Of a stretch of DNA of 64,000 nt, positions 23,594 to 35,799 are shown in pieces. Position 1 is the stretch's first letter, and the number at the start of each line of letters is the position of its first letter. The stretch comes from Paraspadella gotoi (lineage: Eukaryota > Animalia > Chaetognatha). The stretch spans positions 25,762,159 to 25,826,158 of the forward strand of contig CM119264.1 in NCBI GenBank assembly GCA_051294375.1. The letters run 5' to 3'. The notes under the pieces are model-generated. The model was not told where the DNA came from, did no database searches, and was given only the letters and a program-made list of their open reading frames with translations. Both the position numbers and the translations under genes were made by a program.

Positions 23594-24274
23594 TAGAGTG
23601 ATGTGTAAATGAGTAAAATTTTAGAAACATTAAAATTTAGGCATATAAAACATGAACATAAAACACCAATAAAAAAATATTTTGGTAAATTTAATTGTTT
23701 AATTTATAGCATTGAAGTGATAACCATTGGGAGTAAATCATTCTATATATAATAAAGTATTAATAGGCTAAAATTTCAAAATTAAACAAATCTCTTTTAA
23801 AGTTCTTAAGCACACTCGCGTATTTGGAGTTTCTTGCAAAAAGTGTATTATAAGAAGGTAAAACTTTTTATTAAAAAAATTCTTGGTCATTGAAGTTAAA
23901 CGTGCCAAATGTAAAAGAACTATATTTAAGACGCCCAATGTTTAAAGTTTCGCAGCTTAAAATATAGTTTTTTTGGTTAATTTTGAACCCTACTTAATGA
24001 CAATTTTTTGAAAGACTGTTATACTTTCTTTGTATTGACCGTTTAACGAGGATACTACTGAATCTGGTTCTCAGAAATTAAAAAAAAACATTTTATAAAT
24101 TTTGAACATTATATTAGGGAAGTACTATATACAAATATGGCTGGACTGGCTAACTATATTTAGTAAGAAAAAGAAAAATAATTACAGATTAGTATTGCCA
24201 CGAATATGAATGAGTTTTTCAGATATAACTGGCTTAAATTTTTGATTCTCCGCAAACTGTTCACTTTCACCCTA
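23594..24274. mobile_element. Non-autonomous hAT-like MITE (~680 bp, AT-rich)
   Basis: The left end TAGAGTGATGTG resembles the reverse complement of the right end, TAGGGTGAAAGTG. The flanks ctgtgcag and cgtgc[cc]cag resemble an 8-bp target-site duplication. The segment is absent from the homologous copy at 40749-40766. Confidence 0.55.
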
Positions 24275-27200
24275 CGTGCCCCAGTCACACAATGATGACA
24301 CTTTACAATATGGCCATCATTACGCCCCACCAAATTTAATTATTGTTCAATTAAATGGTTTGCGTCAGATATTTGATTATTTTAGGTTTAAATTGCACAT
24401 ACCTGAATTAACACATGTCGAGAGGGATGTTTGTTATATGTAACAATCATAATAAATAATAGTCACCTTAATCATCCAGAAATACATGTGATAACAAGTT
24501 AACAGCGGCTGCACACATGCTTGGAGAGGAGTACCGACGTTCATTGTTACTACTATTCTCTGTTTTCTTGGTCTCTTTCTCAAAGGCGAGTTTTCTTTTT
24601 TTTTTTCTGCTTATATCCTCTTTTTGTTCTTTTTTCTCGTTTTTCATGGATTTCTTTTCTTTTTTATTTTTTTTAGTGTTAGACGGGACGTCGTGACTCT
24701 TATTGTTTTTGCCCCGATCAATCGGGGTTTTTTTGACGATAGAATCGCGAACTCGGATGTGTCGACGTGTTTGTTTAAGCCAGGTGTGGCAGGCAATCAT
24801 TGATAATCAGTTCACATTTAAAAATTTAATTAAGTAGTTTAGTAAAACTTTAACTCGTCTATACGAAGTTAATCTTAGGTTTGCGTGAAAAAGGTAATAT
24901 GGAGGAAAAAGGACCAATTTTTTTTTTTTGTTGCAAAAAAAATAGCTCAGGTGGAGGGCGTTAAAGGATCATGATGCGTTGGAAAAAAATATGTAAAAAC
25001 TATTCTGACATGACATGTCTTAAGCGGTAGGGAAGCCAATAAGTAAGCTGCAATACTGGGATCGTATATTAGAAGTCTCAGACACCAATGAATCAAGCTA
25101 TGGCAGTCCTAGCTATATTCACGGAGTAGCCCGTTCCACGAAATAACAGTAGAGAGACCGGGGTCTGCATTGGAAAGTCACTTTCACTCGTCTCGTCTGC
25201 ATGCTTCTTCCCACTGGACTGACGCCGGCTCTTTCTCAGTTCTCACACCAGACATTCTTTCTCTCTCTTGCTGTCCTTAGCTTACTTCGACGGCGTGCGC
25301 GTGCTTAGATCAGGGTCATTGCGAGTGACAATCTAGTATACAGCAAAACAAGACAATATACCGACCAGACTCACTTATCAGCCGTAATATTACACCGCGT
25401 CTCGGAAGTTACCGTGCTGGACTGAATGAGGCTCGGATCAGCATTATCCATCAAGAATTGGTCGTCGTGTGTCCAAATGCGGCGGGTAAGGATTCCCGTC
25501 TTCGCTTCTCCAACCCGTTCAATCTCATTCTCGAGCTCGTCAGGTCTCTCAGCCAACCTCCTCTCATCTTGCAACTCACCTCTCTCCTCGTGCATCATCC
25601 TCTTTCTCTCTCCGTCGTCATCCCGCCTCTCTATGCCCTACGTTGACTATAGGCGTCATAAGTCAAGTCAGGATTTATGCAATGGTTTGAGGGGGAACGT
25701 CAACGGCCCTTTCCGGGGGGGCGGGTAAATAAGCACGCAATATCTTGGAACCAAATAAACTTCGTGGAGGAGGGGGGTCGAGAAGTCAGAGGCGGACACC
25801 GCGAGCAGGACGGCGCAAAATTTGTTTGTTATTCACCCGGCGTGCAAAACGTTTTTGAATGGGATTTAGGAGGCGAAGAAAAATCTTTTTTTCTCCTTCT
25901 TATGTGGGAAAAAAAAAAATAAAATTAACAATAGAAGTAGGGTAAAGACCTCGCATTTCAAGCGTTTCGAAATTTAAAAGTAAAAAAAAGAGGAAACACG
26001 GTTATACGTTCAAGCTGAGGGAGGACAGGGGGACAAAAAGATATTGTGGCAAGAGTTTTGTGGCACAAATTCTCCGCAAGAATAAAAAAAACAAACATAG
26101 GAAGCGAAGATCAGAACAAACAAAAATAACACGCCGTTCATATCGGGATACAAAAACTTCAACCCTTATACCCTATTCGTTTTTTTTTTAAACGAAAAAT
26201 CGTCACACTTGTTTTGGGTAAAACAGCGTTGCTCCGAAATTTTCCAAAGGGAAAAGAATACCAGGGATAGTTGAAGAAATTGGTAAGCAAAAAAACAAAC
26301 GAAACCCGATACGAACAGATATGTGATTTATGACACAATTCAATACTTGTCAGAAACAGGAGCTTACGGATATGAGAACATCACCTTAATGTTTTAAAAA
26401 TCTTGTTGTTTCTCAGTTTGAAAAAAAATAAAGGATCAATTGGTCTCATGCCTGGAGATTCGATAAAGGGTCGATCTTCTATAGAACTTCAGTTTCTCTA
26501 TTCTCCTGAGAAGAAAAAAAAAATAACAAATAAAGGAAATGGGGTATAAGTAACTGAAAGTCACATAGAAAAAACAAAGGGAACCTCAGCAAAAAGAAAA
26601 GGGGAAAAAAACGGGAAAAAAGAGAGGACAAAAATAATTTGTTTCCCGTCGTCGTAAAAGGCGACGCGACCTGACCCTTCCGGAGGATCTTCACCCAAAG
26701 GTAGGAGAAACCGAACAGAAAAGAAGACGGAGGAAACACATTGATGATGGTTATGATAGGAAGGGAAGAGAGAGAGAAAGGAGGAACACGGGAGGGAGAA
26801 TAGTAAGGGAGAGCTACGTATAGGAAAGGGAGAGAGGAAGAAGAGGAGAGGTGAGAGAGAGAAGAGAGAGCACGAGCTAAACATGGGAGAAAAAGCAGGT
26901 AAGAAGACGCAAGGCATCTGTGGAATTGATCCTGGGGCCAGAGCGACACGGAAGGAGAGACAGTCAATGCCGACACGAAAAAAAGGCGGAAAAGGGAGGC
27001 CGTGTCCCTGGTTGAGGGGACCCGAGCCATCCGTCGGGCGGGACAATGGCGGAGATGTCCCCGCCAACGCCAGCCCGATTACCGGCTCACATCTTTGCCG
27101 CAGTCTTTCCGAGCTTTACCCAATAAGAAGTTGAGAAGAAAGAAATGCTTCAGCGCCTGTCGAGACCAAAAGATCGAAACGAACAGACACCAAACAGAGA

Positions 27201-30064
27201 AGGCTGACCGTTCGGATGGCGGGGAGGGAGAAAGAAGAAGATGAATTAAACAGGGAAAGTAGTAAATTATAAAAAATGTAAAAACAGGATAAAAAAGAAA
27301 AGAAAATGGGCCATGTGATTGAAAAACGACTCTCGCCGCCAATTGAAAAAGAGGGTAAAAGCAAAAGAAGGCCCAATACATTATGGAAATACAATATTGT
27401 AGAATATAAGATCCAACCCAAAGAGTCAAATAGGGCTTTCGCGGATTGCCGCCCCGAACCCTATGGATAACTATAATCGAGACTCCAGTACTAGGTTTTT
27501 ATTCGGGAATTTTTTCCAAACAATATCTTCTGAAAGTACGAGATAGCGAATGAAAACAATAGGACAATCAAGAATGGGGAAAAAGTATTTACTTTCGATT
27601 GAAACCCAGATAGAGCAAGTATTTATTGTGAATGAAACGCAGGGATAAATATTTTTGTAGTAGTCTGTTAAACAACCTAGTAAACAAAATCCGTGAAATG
27701 TGAGTACCCTTCTATGTTAGAAAAGTGGAGCATGGGGCATTTTCAAATGAATATAGGCGACAAAAGCCCCGAGAAGCTGGTCGATAACACAGAGCTAGGC
27801 GAGGAAGATGGAAAAAAGTAAACGGAATGCCAGAGGTCCGAGTCCTACCGGGCAAAAGACGTGGCACGCGAAAACGAAATAAAAAATATATAAATACACC
27901 CAAAGTCTCTATAGTTTGCCGACATTGGTATACGCAAGCGGAACAAGAAGAAACATAAAAATAAAATGAGAGAAAATAATAACATTAATTCGATGGACAA
28001 CGAATATCGCGGGACGAAAATGCAAAGAAGGATAGCAAGATCTCCTTCAGTACGACCCCGACCAAACGTACTAATAATAAAGAACTTTGAGACAAGTTGC
28101 GCATCTCAGCGGAGACGCCGATGGTTTACACGTCCCTTGAAAGAATCAGGCCACACGACGACCGGAAGGGCACAATAAAGATACAGGGAAAGCTACAACG
28201 ACAACGGAACGCAACACGGACGACAAACACAGACGCACCGCGTCAGAGATTGAGATCTTCGTCTCTCGATTATTCCTTTCCTGAGAATCGAGAGAGCGAT
28301 GCTAGAGGCCAGAAACTCGGGAAATTATTCCAGGTAACATCTCCCACGAGCCGCCGACTATTATTTGGGGTTTTTGACGGAGATAAGCGACCACCTTACT
28401 CCTGGAACATAATTACTCTGAACGCTTTAAACACTTTTATATTGGCTGAGGTAGGGCCCATTGCCAAATGCTCTTCAGAGTAAACTGTTTAATCAGTCAC
28501 TCGGTGCGATCCCTAAGCCCGACTTCTGTTCAAGTACGAGCACCATTATTCCTCTGCTCCATCGACGCTTAGACTATACTATCATCACCACTGCATTACT
28601 GAAAATGGGGGTGGGGTTGCAATCTTCTGTTCTCCGACCTTACTCGACGTCAACCACGGAATTGCGGACAAGCAGCGGCCCAACAACTTTTTTTTCCCTC
28701 TCTCGCAATCACGCCCGAGACACAGCTCCGCTCTAGCTGCACCCACTGCCGCGACTGGGCATCTTTCCAAGTGCCCGATACCTACTCTTCCCTTTTAAGC
28801 GCAATCTTCCAACCCTGCATCTATCTATCCCACCGGATCATCCTGTCTGCCGACCGGAAAAATATAACTGGATTGTCGACTACTTACATCCTCCAGTCCG
28901 AGGCATTGGCCGTTATTTAAACTTCTCTGGCATTTAATCCTTCCTCTTTTTTCCCTTTCCTTCCCTTTTACCTTACTTATCTTATCTTCTTTCTGCTCGA
29001 GAGCACACTCTGTCTTTATTGTTTTTTTCATATTGGCTAATCGTTCTTTTCCCAGGGGGAGGAAAAGCAAAAAAACGCCCAGGGTGTATAAAAGAAATAT
29101 TTAAGGAAAGGGGCCAATAGTAGTCGACATTAGTAAAAAAACTATTAACTGGGTATATCTATTTAAAATACTACATGATTTTTAGTTTATAAATGTATTA
29201 TAATAAACAAGTATTTATTTGTTTTTGAAAAACGTGGTTTTTTGGCTTCTAATCCAAATCATTTTAGAAAATACATTAATAGAAAAAAAATACGTAATAT
29301 TTTATACGCTGGCACAATTCCTCTGGGGCCCACTCTAAGATCATGCCTCATCTTCTTACCTTTGTCCTCAGACCCGTATACCTGTTTAGAATTTTGTGAG
29401 TTCCTACCAATCAGTTGATGTCGGCTAAACTGAGTCCGACATACGTTAGCCACAGACCTATCATCAATTATTCTATTTGCTACAATTTTTTCAATCTCCA
29501 GCCACGTTAAAACCCTACCTTTGCTCTTCACCCCGAACTTATTTGACTTCCGTTCAAAGAAAACAATTCCTCTTTCCCTCGGGTTGACCTCCATTTTTCC
29601 TTTAAGTAACAGCCAATAAAAATATAGAAACCCCTCTCACCCCCGATACCTCAAACCGGACCCTACTCGAATCTACCTTCTCATCCAATCCCCTTAAGGA
29701 TCCACTTGCCCAATTCGCCCCTCTCTCCCGCACCAAGTCATTTGGCGGGTACCGGTGGTTTCGAGGCCGGCGTCCAGCGATGTCCTTTTCCAAAAATAAT
29801 GTGCCGCAGAACGTGGATCGGTCGAGATCCCCGATGTAACTGGAGGTAACGGTGGTTGCCTGAGGGGGACTAGTCGGTTTTCACCTTAGAGGGTAACGCG
29901 CAAATACGCGGTGTCCGCCCGCTTGCGAAAATACCATGAGGAAGAGCTGTCTGAAGGAAGGAAGGAGCCGGGGTGCACGGCGAAGTAAAGGAGCAGGGGA
30001 AAACAGGGTAGGTTAGTATACTTAAGAGGAGGAGGAGGAGGCATAGGAAAGCGTATTGAAGTAC

Positions 30065-30542
30065 TATGAGTGGGCACAGCCGGGGACGCAATAGGCCTTG
30101 TGATTACTGCCTAATCGGGGTACTGTGCGGCGGTCTATCATTCCACCCCAAACCCGCGTAGGGGCCAGTCGTCGCGAGGACAGTCACCCTACCAGTGGGA
30201 TACCGGCCTTCTGATCATTGTCATGATTTATGTAGTTGTTAGAGTCGATACGTAATAAGAGCACAGCACGATTATTCCACGAGTCAGTATTTCCTGATAC
30301 CCAGTGTCGGCAGGTGCGCAACTGGGGCTGCGGGCCGCGCTCGCGGGTCACAATTTAGGCCAAACTCCGCTGGCGGGATAAGCGCCCAGAGGCAATTGGA
30401 ACCCCCGGGACCCACCGGGATGGAATGAGATGATTTAGGCGTCGTGCCTCCAGACCATTTGGAGACTAGGCTGAGCGAAAAAGGGGCCAAGGGCCAGTGG
30501 GAGGGCAGGCTGTCCTTTTTAAGTATCTTGCTGCCAACTCTA
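30065..30542. mobile_element. Candidate hAT-like MITE (~480 bp, GC-richer); duplicate at 46401-46878
   Basis: The left end TA[T]GAGTGGGCA resembles the reverse complement of the right end, TAGAGTTGGCA. The segment is missing from the third copy (junction gaagtac..aataaacaagg at ~59921-59941). No target-site duplication is recognisable. Confidence 0.45.
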
Positions 30543-33500
30543 TAACCAAGGATCATGTTAATGTAATTAAGAAAATAGTTACATAACAAATAATATAATC
30601 ATAACTTCAGGCCATCTTTTTGCTCAATAGAAATCTTTGCCATGAACAGTAATTGGACCATAAAGAAAAGAATAGAGGAAGACTCAAGTAGGGGACAAGA
30701 ACTAAAAATGGTGGGGTGTTAATATGCAAGCAAGCAGAGACGCCCTATTGTTCCTGCAAATGCTGAGGTTTTATTGCCTTTTGGTTTCTATTGATCTTAT
30801 CTTGATTTTTTGTGGTTTATATTGTCTATTCTCCGCTTTAGACTGGGATGTTTGGGTCAGCCGGTTCAAAATTATTGTTATTGGTAGTATTTGGGAAATT
30901 TTTCCACGGGGGAGGAGAGAGAAAAGAGACGCCCACCGCCCCGGTTGTATGTTAGTTAGTTTGAGTTTTGATCCCTAATTTAGTTTGGCAATCCTAAAAA
31001 AGCATTTGTTGGAAAATAGCGAGAGTATTCGTTGTCAAACATTTTGCGGAGGATCTGTGTCCTTCTTCCCGTCCTGCATGGATGGTCGCTCGGGATGAAA
31101 GGAGGCTGACCGTACTCGTCGGAGGTCGCCTCCGTTTCAAGGGCGTGTTTGGTTACCTCATTATCACTGACATTTTCCTAAAGAAGACCAGTCTATCTAA
31201 TCGTCGGGGCCGGTTTTGCACGAAAATAATCCATCATTCTTATTTAATATTAATTTAATTTTAAAGTTGTAATTTTTTTCTACCCCCCTTCTTTATGGTA
31301 ATTTAATTCTTCTAGAGCTGGGAGCGACTCGCCTGGTCAATTCCCGCTGCCGAACCCACGTCATGAGATCATTATCGACAAACGAGATCAGGTGACGTAG
31401 TCAGGACGGGTCATACTTACATAATAAATGGTCGAGATCACCCGCCAAGTTGCATCATTCTATGATTTTTTTTTTTTGTATTCCACACATTTCGAGTAGT
31501 TTTGGTTTCCTGTTGATTTTAAATAGTGCTCTTGTGACAATTTTAAGGGGGTCCTTCTAGTTTAACACTGGTAGACAAGTGACGAAGTCACGAGGGGCGT
31601 CGGTTTGTCGGTTGTCTTGTCTTGCCTCCCGGAAGTGTCGTACGTTTAAAACGGCGGGCGGTCCGCAGCTGGAAAAACGAGGCGCACTTGAAACCCCGTC
31701 ATCGATGACACGGGCGTTAACGATCGCAGCCTTGCCGAACGCGACGGCGAACGAAACCCATCGCCTCTCAGAGTAAAATAGGGTCGAATGAGCGCAGGAG
31801 GATAAGACGAAGAAAGATGACGACGAACCAGATGAGTATGAGGACGACGATATAGACCATAGGATGACCATGATGACGATGAGGATGACAAACGATGCGA
31901 CGATGACGACATGATGACGATGACGACCATGAGGACGATGATTGAGGACGATGACGATGATATTTAACGATGAGTACGATGATGACGACAGAATGAGGAC
32001 TGACGATTAGAGCGTATGGATTGATATTGTGTACGTTGATCAGGTATCGTTATGCCTTTTAGTTGGCCTTATCGTTAGGACTGTATTTGTACGAGATAAC
32101 GATTACTGACATATTGACGAGGCTAGAATCGATGGAGCAATATGATAATTTATATTACGAAACTTTGAGATCATGTAGACTGTTAAACATGATTTGACTT
32201 ACTTAATTATAATGACAAATGAGGAGATGATCATTAGGGAGCACTCGGCCATATAGCTATGGAGATTTTTTTGTTATTACTGTAGAGGGTAGAACAAGCG
32301 CATCTACGGATGACAAGCGAGGCAATACATTGAATGAGATTAGAACTAAGACTCATGACGAAGTATGTAGACAGAGAGATGAGGACAAGTCTGATGATAT
32401 TAAAACCGATAGTAGTGATAGATGATTGAAACGGATCATAAACTCGAGGGACTAGGTAAGACGCCATGAATACAGTATGAGTGTGAATATGTTAGTGGTG
32501 GGATTGACGAGGAGCGACGACCAGACATCTCCGAGCTTGTTCGGATGAGCACGATCATGGATTCCGGGCAAGAAAACATTGTCCAAAAGGATAAGTCACG
32601 TATGTATGGACGATGTATTCTGATAAAAGAGCCGAACAAAACCGCCCCATGATTTCTAATTATTCTTGCCCATGATGGGCGATGCCCAAATGAACGAATA
32701 GACCAATTCTTATCACAAGGAGAGAAATCGTTGTAAACGATGACAACCCACCAGCACTGCCGCCCGGATACTGATCCCGACAGACGATCAAAAAATGTTG
32801 AAATGTCGATCAACTTCCCATGCCGGATAGAGAAGTTACGTTCGCACTAGCGGTTATACGGAAGATGGAGTGAACGACACCAGGAGTGCAGGCGGGCAGA
32901 GGCGTACGCCTGTCCGTATCTGCCACGAAATCCCGTACCACATTATCTTCCTTCTCTTCTCCAACCAGATAGCACCGATAACGAGCATACCAAACCTTCT
33001 CAGTCCCTAGGCGTACCCCAACCGACACGGTTCACCTTACTGCTTCGTATTCAATCCCTTGACAGCCGCGACACCTCGGAACAGAAAGACCGACCAACAC
33101 CCATCGAGCAATGCAATGACACAAAGCACCGTCGGAATGTACAAAACCTCTTGGAGTCACTGGCGAATGAGGCAGAGTAAATTGAATGATGACACCCCAC
33201 TCATAAAGATGCACTCCGCCACATTTTTTTCTCCACAAAAAATGACACTCTAACGCTTTTATATTCTGCACTGTGTAAACAATCGACGGTCTCTCTTTCC
33301 TTTTTTAAATTGATCTGATCTTTTACTCTTTCATATCGTTTTAATTTCTTGTTCATTTCTTCCTTTTAGGGATCTTTCCCTTCTACTTCTTATTTTTTTC
33401 CTTAAGTACTATTTTTTTTATTTAAGAATTATTTCTTCTTTTCTTCTTTCATAATATCCTATCTTTTTTATACATATTCAAGCTTGCAAATTTTATTTTT

Positions 33501-34959
33501 CACACCGTACAACGTCTTAATCCTCCATTCTTTAACAGTGAACTATGATAGGGAAAGAACCAGCGACGGGAGTATTCTTGAATGCGCCCGACCACGGAAG
33601 AAAGAGATGGGGAATTATAAATTTCTATCTCAGAAAATAGAGACAATATGGGTAAGAACTTGACAAACAGAATAAACGGTGTCAAAGAAAATTAACAAGA
33701 GAGGGAGCCGAGAGTGAATAATATATAAAAAGTTGGGTATCCTCCCTTTAATTGATCTATAACACTCATTGGCATTCAAAAGATACATTCCCGAGTAAAT
33801 CGGTAGAGCCATGGCGGGTAAAAAGTTACAGCCGTAGAAAGGAAGCCCCAATCTGGCCCATTGTGGGGCCGGATGCCGAATCTGATGTGTTCTTTATATA
33901 AATGCATCCTCCTCTAATTTTTGGTAGAGAGTACTGTTCATGGAGACGTAAACACCTAACGAAAATTTTCGTTATTTAACAATAAATGATTTTATTTGTG
34001 AATTCGGATGCATTGGATCTTCGCGGCCGCCGGAGTTTGGGCTGCCGCCCATGAAGACTTTCCGCCCGAATCCGGAATTTTTTCCAGAGTTTCTCCGAAA
34101 TTCTGAAAAAGCCTTGATTTAATGCAGCTCTCTGGGCGAATGAACAGCCCCACCCCTCTCAGAACACGAGCCTCCACAGAGCGTTACGTGAGCTCATCAC
34201 TACACACGAGGTCATTGTTAGCTGGAGTTGTATACAAAATAACGCAGGGAGGGTTAACGAAATGAATCCTTTTTCCTGAACCTACGGTTCTTTCACGAGT
34301 ACAGACCATCAAGGACAATCTCCCAGGTAATTTAGTCTGAGTAGAGCACCACCGTCATGGAACAGTAGCAGAAGGGCCGGGGACAAGGCAGTAGCAAGGC
34401 TTAGATATTAGATCAAAGCAATTGAGTGCCCATATATTATTTACTGTTGATTATCATAAGGACTATACCGGATAAAGACCGGCAATCCACGGCGATTAGT
34501 CGACGACGGATTATTCGAAAAATAGGATTAAATAGATAATAGACGATTGGTGCAACCGAGGCAGCAAATGCCCCATCATTGGTCAGAGATTCTCCAAAGT
34601 TGACTACCTCTGACCACTGATTAGGTAGTAGACTAATCATGAAAGGGATCCCTCCCCACCACGCACGATGAACAAATCACGATTTCAATCCCCAGCCGTG
34701 TTTCCGTGAAGGCCTCAGAGTCCTCTCTTCCTGCTGATGTGACTTGGATTTATGTCTTGTGTTTATCTTTGGTCGTGTCTGAGTTTCTGGGCTCAAAAGG
34801 ATTCCCTCCGCGACCTTTGAGGTAATATTTTTTTTATTTTGTTGGCTTTCGCTCCCGTCCCAGCGGTAAAGACATCCGATCCGAGAGTACTCGACAATCT
34901 AAATTTCATTCACTTGTCCTTTTTAATAATCTGTTATCGGAATCTTTTTAGGAATAGTC

Positions 34960-35330
34960 TTAACACACTAAAGACTTTTTGGGCGGCCCTAGTCTTTAAA
35001 AAGTAATCTTCCATGCTCTATCATTCTCTCACTGTTTCTCTTGATCTCTTGTTAGAGACTAGATCTTCTGACTAAGCATCTTTTGGGGCCTCTTAGTCTT
35101 TTCATATAAAGCACCCTGTTGATTATAACTCTGTAATGTTATTCCTTTGTATTCCTTTTTTATTGCTTTTAGAATAGTTTGAAAAAGAATCAACCTTTGG
35201 GCTTGTGCTTCTTAAAAAAAGGACGTTCTTTTGTGTTATTAATAGTTCTTTCTGATCCTTTTGAAATTAATACGTCTTGAAAAAACCTTTGGGGCATTTC
35301 AGCTTCCTCTTAAGAATCAGAACTTTTCGA
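34960..35330 (+). repeat. Noisy tandem repeat of ~4 units of ~100 nt, downstream of the Gypsy pol region (duplicate at +16336)
   Basis: A recurring motif cttt(t)ggg(g)c..t.g.ctt..aaa appears at ~34975, 35080, 35195 and 35287. Confidence 0.45.
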
Positions 35331-35799
35331 TTTGTTCTCTCTTTTTTTCCTTTTCGTTCTTGAGAAGACAAAGAGAGATCGATTTCAATGTAATTTTATT
35401 CTTTTTTTTTTTTTTTTGTTTCTAGGCAGAGGGTAGGTCTGAAAAGAGACGGCGCCAATATCCTCCGAATCTGAAAGTTTTGCCTTGTCTCTCTGGTTGC
35501 CCTGCTACCATTTTTATAGCATCTTTGGCCCCCTCCCGGGTTCCTTTTCTCCGATGTTCTTTTGAGGCCCTTTTATCTGTTGATTCTCGTGCTCTCGTTC
35601 TCCTCCTTCTTGTTCCTCCTGCTCCTTCGGTCCTCTCCGTTACGCCGTCGCCGCGTCCAGTTTTGGATTGCCTTTTGTTTATCTATTTCCTAGCCTCTTG
35701 GTTGTCCCTTCGGCGTCCCATCGCGTCTTTTTTGTATTCTAACTTCTAGTTGTACGTCCTTTGTATCTACATGAGATGAAGCCGGATTACACTTGTTGC

